Origin: a virus
Taxonomy: Duplodnaviria > Caudoviricetes
Virus record (IMG/VR): IMGVR_UViG_3300030117_007612
Coordinates: 32,001 to 96,000 of that record
Strand: one strand, 5' to 3'
DNA length: 64,000 nt
In this document: positions 58,927 through 64,000 of the stretch, in pieces
Layout of the letters: each line of letters starts with the position of its first letter
How positions within the stretch are numbered: the first letter of the stretch is position 1
Notes under the pieces: model-generated
The model's database searches: none
The model's input: the letters and a program-made list of their open reading frames with translations, nothing else
Told to the model about the DNA's origin: nothing
Position numbers and translations under genes: made by a program

Positions 58927-59832
58927 GTGCCAAAATCAAGAAGTATTCAATCACTGCAATATTCCTTTAATGAGGATATTGAACATACTAGAAAGGTTGC
59001 CAAATTTCTTTCAAAAAAATTCAGAACAAAAGGCGATCTATCTGTCAGTGAAAGCCAGATGAATAAAAAAGCACCGATTCAAATCAGGCCGAACAAAACA
59101 ATGATTAATGGTAGATCAGTTAGTCTAAAGAATAAAACACCAGATCAGTTGAATCAAATTAATAGAAATGCCGAAATTGAAACTGCATTGGGAGAAATGC
59201 AAAATTTGAGCCTAGAAGGGCTGAGAGACGATCAAAAAGCTATAGCAATGCTTTCATCGATTGGAATTTCTACGCCGGTTAACAGTATTCAATCTATTAA
59301 ACCTATCCGGAATGTATCAACATTCCCCGATGGTCAAGTAAACCCGCTGAAGAAGATTGAGCTTGACGAAACAGTTGGAGATCAAGAGTTCACAAAACTA
59401 TCAAAGAAAAAGCGAAGTCAAGTCAAACAGAACTCTAGACTGACTTCAATGAATCAATCCCAAAGAGATTATCTAATGAGAATCGCCGGCCGAATGTCTG
59501 AGCTACACAACGTTGGCCAAACTGGTTACCCAAACGTCTATAGCGCATATAGGCCGTCTATGGGCGTAACGCCCGAAGCAGTGAAACAGATCACGACAGG
59601 TCGCGGCAGAGTTATTGGATCCGGCGCAACGAGATTTATCGCTAGTCGAGCCGCCGGAATAAACCAAAAGGTGGGAATTCTTTCCTCTGCAGGGACTAGT
59701 GAACTAGATGAAATGTCGACCACAAGACCGGATCGTATTTTGTCTTCCGCCGGCACCACTTCTCCAGATGAGCTTACGGTTGACTCTGGCCCCTTTAAGC
59801 CGGCCATTACTTCCGGGAATACAACATATTAA
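58927..59832 (+). CDS. Hypothetical basic protein
   Basis: GTG start with GGAGG RBS; duplicated ILSSAGT peptide near the C-terminus. Confidence 0.65.
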   Translation: MPKSRSIQSLQYSFNEDIEHTRKVAKFLSKKFRTKGDLSVSESQMNKKAPIQIRPNKTMINGRSVSLKNKTPDQLNQINRNAEIETALGEMQNLSLEGLRDDQKAIAMLSSIGISTPVNSIQSIKPIRNVSTFPDGQVNPLKKIELDETVGDQEFTKLSKKKRSQVKQNSRLTSMNQSQRDYLMRIAGRMSELHNVGQTGYPNVYSAYRPSMGVTPEAVKQITTGRGRVIGSGATRFIASRAAGINQKVGILSSAGTSELDEMSTTRPDRILSSAGTTSPDELTVDSGPFKPAITSGNTTY

Positions 59833-59848
59833 CAGGAGCACCTAATCA

Positions 59849-60781
59849 ATGCCAGATTTAGAAGGTTTAGAAGAATTCAGTGAATATTGGGACTCTATTA
59901 CGGGTAAGAGATGGTCTCAATTTTTTTTGCTGTCACATTTTCAAAAATATGGCCCGAAACTCCCAGCGCCTGCAGGTACCATAACACGGGTATTTCCACC
60001 CGGCTGGAGGCACGCTCCCGGCTATAACCTAATTCACATGAGCGAGCCTCAATTTACTGGGATGTCAATAAATATGCTCGATAATATAGCCAATAACATT
60101 GAAATGAGCCACTATCCTGTTTTGGTTGAGGATAGGCTAGCCGAACCGGTTTTTTATGAGGATGTTAAATGGGTTCCGCCTCCCCCGGAGGAGGCGCTGA
60201 TCCACGGGACCCCGGGAGAGCTTGTCGACATCGGCCGATACGAAATTGACGAATATGTTAATAGTATGTTCATGCTCACATCAGCACAGCTTGAGGATGT
60301 GTCCCGCATCGGTGGTGACCCGGCCTTGGCAGCCTTTGTTGAGAAAGGTAGAAAAACGATACACACCCTTAATACTGCCGCATGGCCGGGCCAGATTGCC
60401 GGCGATGCCGACCAAGCTCTTAGAATGCTAGTAGGTGTTATGCTTGAGGGAATTGAGCCACCCATTGCAGGCAGAGAAATATATTCAAAAATTAAAGAAA
60501 AGGAACTCAATATTGACAATTTTATTTCCACCAATTTAAATAATATAAACATTGGAGCAATTCCGGAATATGAACAAATCCCTCTGGGTCCCGGCACCCC
60601 CGGCGCCACAATGTCTTCCGCTACCGATTGGTTTTCGCCGCCAACGGTTATATCGGACTCCGTGATATCAGTGCCCGCGTCCTCCGTATCCGACCCCGGG
60701 ACTGCCGATGGAATCCCTGATGCCGGCTCAGTTGGCGGTGTATTTGGCGGCGGCGGCCCCGTGGGCGGAATGTATGAATAA
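59849..60781 (+). CDS. Hypothetical protein with Pro/Gly/Ser-rich C-terminus
   Basis: AGGAG RBS; 310 aa ORF. Confidence 0.68.
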   Translation: MPDLEGLEEFSEYWDSITGKRWSQFFLLSHFQKYGPKLPAPAGTITRVFPPGWRHAPGYNLIHMSEPQFTGMSINMLDNIANNIEMSHYPVLVEDRLAEPVFYEDVKWVPPPPEEALIHGTPGELVDIGRYEIDEYVNSMFMLTSAQLEDVSRIGGDPALAAFVEKGRKTIHTLNTAAWPGQIAGDADQALRMLVGVMLEGIEPPIAGREIYSKIKEKELNIDNFISTNLNNINIGAIPEYEQIPLGPGTPGATMSSATDWFSPPTVISDSVISVPASSVSDPGTADGIPDAGSVGGVFGGGGPVGGMYE

Positions 60782-60792
60782 GGGAGAATCAT

Positions 60793-63700
60793 ATGTCTGA
60801 TATACTTTGGGCCCCGACAACTATAGTCGCTCCAGCCGACAGTGCCGATCCGGCTAGTCGACATGACCTTACCGAAGCAGAGAGAGAATTACGATTCTTT
60901 ACAAAAGCAGATCGGCGCCATGGCTTATCGCCTAGGTATTCTGATCATGCTCTGGCCGGCAAGCAATGCACATACGCCGATTCACAAATATATCAGACTC
61001 CAGAGGCAGATAATTTTAGACGTGAATTGAGAAATTTATGGAAGATAAACGAACACAATAGGTTATCAATAGAACCGCTTCCAAAATTGGATGAACTCCT
61101 AGGAGTACCGGGGGCCCCTCCTCGCTATGCTCACACCCCGTATAATTATCGACCGTCAAGTAAGGTTTCTAAAATCATATTTGGCGTTAGCAACGCAATA
61201 GTAACAAATAACACATTTTACAATAAAAGGTCGATGCCAATAAGAGTAGTGGGAGACCCACAATTTTTCCAAACAGATGAACAATGGAGAACTTATGTGG
61301 CCGGCGGAACATACAATGATGTCGAACATAAAGGTATCATACCCAGCACTCAAGTGGCGGATCACCTACACTCATCAATTGTGCCAATGACCGAAGAACA
61401 GCTAGAAAAATATAATTTAGGTGACACAAAGATAAAATATTTTGCTGATTTTAACATGTCATATAATCTTTATAATCCAAAATTTGAATCTAAGAGCAAG
61501 CAAATTTTGGAAATTGCATTGCCAAATTACTATGCTCTTTGGGCTTCTTCAAAAGTTGATCTGACAAAAACAACAAGAGCAGATCTTATTGGAAAAAGGC
61601 TGGATTATGTTATAGATGAAGAGACTGGTGAGGAGGTTTTGGCGCCCGGTCCAGCCGTACCGGTTGGCTCAGATAAGGACGGATTATATCCCTATGCGCT
61701 GTACCGCGATGCTACGTGGTATAGGCATGCAATTTTAAATAATCATATTTCTCCCGGCCGCGTTGCCGACATGTTTAGGGAAAAGAAGACCGTAGTTCCG
61801 GCAGAGACAATATACAGAACAACAAGACAAGAACAACAAATGGCCAAATATTTGGAGGGATACTCAAATAAAATACAACAAGCGGTTACAGATAATCCTG
61901 AAATATACAATTACATGAAAAATATCTTTTTCGACATTGATGCCGCAGACGAATATTTGAAGGAGCGAACTTCCGCGCAAAAAGTTGCAAAATTATTCCC
62001 AGCGAATATAAATCTCAGAATGAGAACTGAAACACCGGGCTTATTTATCGACATGCTGGAAAAAAGCAATTTAGACGGTAAGTTTATGTTGGGGCTTCAT
62101 CACGGATTTGCACAACAGTCCGACATTTATAAAACTAGAAGAAGAGGTTTTGTTAAGACAGTAGAAGAGCCGATTGAAAAAGTTGACGAAGAGGGGTTTT
62201 CATACAATCTTTTTGTGCATGAAAGTGAAGCAGTGGATTTAAATTGTATGAATTTGTTTAGCTGGTGGGACGCGGGATATAGAAATCCCGGCTCGTTTCA
62301 AAATATTAATTTTGTTGGAAGGTCAACTGAAAGCGTAAAACTCGCAACAGATGCGCAAAATCGATATCGATTTGAAAACACAACAAAGCATTTAAAATTT
62401 GCATCGCAATTGAGAAAGTTTTTTGAAGATAAGTTTGATGCGACCAATAGAAATTATGTTGATGTGCTAAAAGCCACTCCAAGCTATGTTGAAACCGTAG
62501 CATATAGAATTGTTAAACGCGGCGGCGCCGCCGAAGGCCCCAACAAGCTTACACCAATAATTCAAAATTTTTGGATTATGAATTCAAAAAGAATGGATGT
62601 GATGAGCTTTTTTGATACGCAAGTAAAATATGGAGCAAATTATAGGTACGATGTCTACGCATACAAAGTAGTTATTGGCACAAAATATAAATATAAAAAG
62701 TTAAAAATTAGCAAAAGAATATCCGGCGAAGTTAGCGCCGGCCGTGTTGATATCGACGGCGAACCGATAGAGGAGACATGTTTGTCATTCTATGATGCAG
62801 AGACGGGAGAAGACGCCGCACCACTGGCAAAGTTTGACCTAATATCCCCAGCGGATACTTCGTATACAGAAACAGTAAAGTTATTCGATTATGAAGTGCC
62901 AAGAGAACTCGGATACGAATCCGGCCGAACAGAGGGTGTGACCATGGCCACGCTAAGTGAATGGGGCGGGGGTGAAGGAAGGTTGGTACCCGATCATATA
63001 CAAGTATCACCAGACCCCTTTCTTGCTGATTTTGAAATTGAATATGAGCCATCTGCTGAGATTATTGAAGTTCCTTTGTTCGCCTATAATGGCACAGTGC
63101 TTGAAAGCCCGACGTCAAAGCCGGGAATTGAGGTTTTCAAAGTTGAAAACAGAGAAGACACGGCAGGATTTAGGATTAGATTTGATGATGTCCCCACATC
63201 AGAAATGCCGCGAATAGTCACAGCAGGCGACGAAGAATACAGAAGGCGATACCTGCTATCAAATGGTTTTCCAACTAATGCAGAAATTAGATATGACTCA
63301 GTTAGTCCTATTGTGGGCTTAGAGGTTTATAGAACTGAAAGAACCCCATACTTATGGTCGGATTTTAATGGCGAAATGCACAATTTCATTCGCACCCAGC
63401 CCGGAACATCAAATTATGTTTTTATGGAAAAAATAAAAACCAACATAAAGTATTATTACATGTTTAGGTCTGTCGATAGCCACGACACACCCGGGCAATG
63501 TTCTGAGATTTATGAAGTGGAATTAGTCAAAAAAGGAGACATTACATATCCAGTTGTCAAGGTTCATGAAATTCCAACAAGAGATGAACTATCAAAACGC
63601 ATGCAGCAGTTATCGAAACCAATTCGAAGACTTATTAGGATATCTCCCTCCATCTCACAAAGAGTTTTAAACCATAAAAAATTAGCAGAATATGGCACAG

Positions 63701-64000
63701 GATACGAAGCTATGCGACATGTCAGAATGGGAGATGAAAATAAATTTACAATCTGGGATGAACAAAAATTTAAAATCCGCTTAACATCTAAGAAAACTGG
63801 TCGTAAAATTGATTTAAATATAAAATTTAAAACAAACAATATAGAAAAAGCAAGAGAGCCGGATTCTCCACTTGAGCCGGAGTCGCCTTCATCGATACTC
63901 GGGTCTTCGACCACGGTATCGTCGGCGGAATTGGGTGCCGACTTGGCTCCGGCCGGGATCGGGTCGGTCGGACCAACCGGGATCGGGTCGGCCGGATCTG
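60793..64000 (+). CDS. Large putative structural protein, 3' truncated (>1069 aa; absent from the supplied ORF track)
   Basis: AAGGGAG RBS then ATG 60793 (MSDILWAPT...); hand translation shows no stop to the window end; FDTQVKYGANYRYDVYAY and KYYYMFRSVD are FN3-like beta motifs. Confidence 0.8.
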   Translation, partial: MSDILWAPTTIVAPADSADPASRHDLTEAERELRFFTKADRRHGLSPRYSDHALAGKQCTYADSQIYQTPEADNFRRELRNLWKINEHNRLSIEPLPKLDELLGVPGAPPRYAHTPYNYRPSSKVSKIIFGVSNAIVTNNTFYNKRSMPIRVVGDPQFFQTDEQWRTYVAGGTYNDVEHKGIIPSTQVADHLHSSIVPMTEEQLEKYNLGDTKIKYFADFNMSYNLYNPKFESKSKQILEIALPNYYALWASSKVDLTKTTRADLIGKRLDYVIDEETGEEVLAPGPAVPVGSDKDGLYPYALYRDATWYRHAILNNHISPGRVADMFREKKTVVPAETIYRTTRQEQQMAKYLEGYSNKIQQAVTDNPEIYNYMKNIFFDIDAADEYLKERTSAQKVAKLFPANINLRMRTETPGLFIDMLEKSNLDGKFMLGLHHGFAQQSDIYKTRRRGFVKTVEEPIEKVDEEGFSYNLFVHESEAVDLNCMNLFSWWDAGYRNPGSFQNINFVGRSTESVKLATDAQNRYRFENTTKHLKFASQLRKFFEDKFDATNRNYVDVLKATPSYVETVAYRIVKRGGAAEGPNKLTPIIQNFWIMNSKRMDVMSFFDTQVKYGANYRYDVYAYKVVIGTKYKYKKLKISKRISGEVSAGRVDIDGEPIEETCLSFYDAETGEDAAPLAKFDLISPADTSYTETVKLFDYEVPRELGYESGRTEGVTMATLSEWGGGEGRLVPDHIQVSPDPFLADFEIEYEPSAEIIEVPLFAYNGTVLESPTSKPGIEVFKVENREDTAGFRIRFDDVPTSEMPRIVTAGDEEYRRRYLLSNGFPTNAEIRYDSVSPIVGLEVYRTERTPYLWSDFNGEMHNFIRTQPGTSNYVFMEKIKTNIKYYYMFRSVDSHDTPGQCSEIYEVELVKKGDITYPVVKVHEIPTRDELSKRMQQLSKPIRRLIRISPSISQRVLNHKKLAEYGTGYEAMRHVRMGDENKFTIWDEQKFKIRLTSKKTGRKIDLNIKFKTNNIEKAREPDSPLEPESPSSILGSSTTVSSAELGADLAPAGIGSVGPTGIGSAGS
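63953..63991 (+). repeat. Direct repeat CCGGGATCGGGTCGG x2 with 24-nt period, coding GIGS repeats
   Basis: Copies at 63953-63967 and 63977-63991; may continue beyond the window. Confidence 0.7.

Noticed and set aside
60154-60864. Long minus-strand ORFs (e.g. 236 aa here, 194 aa at 33620-34204)
   Set aside because: Fully antisense to well-supported + strand genes, with no RBS or recognisable motifs; shadow ORFs.
29200-64000. Bacterial eCIS/T6SS/tailocin rather than a phage
   Set aside because: Giant T4-like wedge proteins, own sigma factor, tRNA and a single-strand gene arrangement fit a large phage; no cellular housekeeping genes. Capsid and terminase genes are outside the window, so this is not formally excluded.
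1-64000. Stop-codon reassignment (code 15 or 4) as in some jumbo phages
   Set aside because: Genes are full-length and tightly packed under code 11, and TAA, TAG and TGA all terminate genes at sensible positions.
41835-64000. Diversity-generating retroelement acting on fibre genes
   Set aside because: No reverse transcriptase and no ~100-nt template/variable repeat pair noticed by eye; a self-alignment would be needed to exclude it fully.
1-64000. Canonical cyanobacterial HIP1 (GCGATCGC) as a host clue
   Set aside because: Not noticed as enriched; the enriched palindromes are GCCGGC and GGCGCC, so no host assignment is made.

Overview
The window appears to be part of a large (jumbo-type) tailed dsDNA phage genome with a contractile, myovirus-like baseplate. 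About 50 tightly packed genes all lie on the + strand in genetic code 11, many coupled by ATGA/TGATG overlaps. Layout: (i) 1-3.9 kb holds the 3' part of tRNA-Gly(GCC), a TlpA-like lipoprotein, PIN-PhoH, an HEXXH protein and a solo Cas4-like nuclease; (ii) 3.9-27.4 kb is a ~23.5 kb glycan island of 25 consecutive genes (about 10 glycosyltransferase-like proteins, NDP-sugar epimerases/reductases, two sulfotransferases, a methyltransferase, a B12 radical SAM enzyme, and a candidate complete nonulosonic-acid module), with no flippase, polymerase or priming transferase visible, read from two near-perfect sigma70 promoters; (iii) 27.4-29.2 kb has small genes including a phage sigma factor; (iv) 29.2-64 kb is a baseplate/tail module (tail lysozyme, gp25, gp6-like wedge, giant proteins of 2186, 3902, 1395 and >1069 aa), with a TAATTA motif upstream of several genes. 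The palindromes GCCGGC (~74) and GGCGCC (~46; both hand counts) are roughly 10-fold or more above base-composition expectation across the window. All protein assignments come from motif recognition by eye; no database searches were run.
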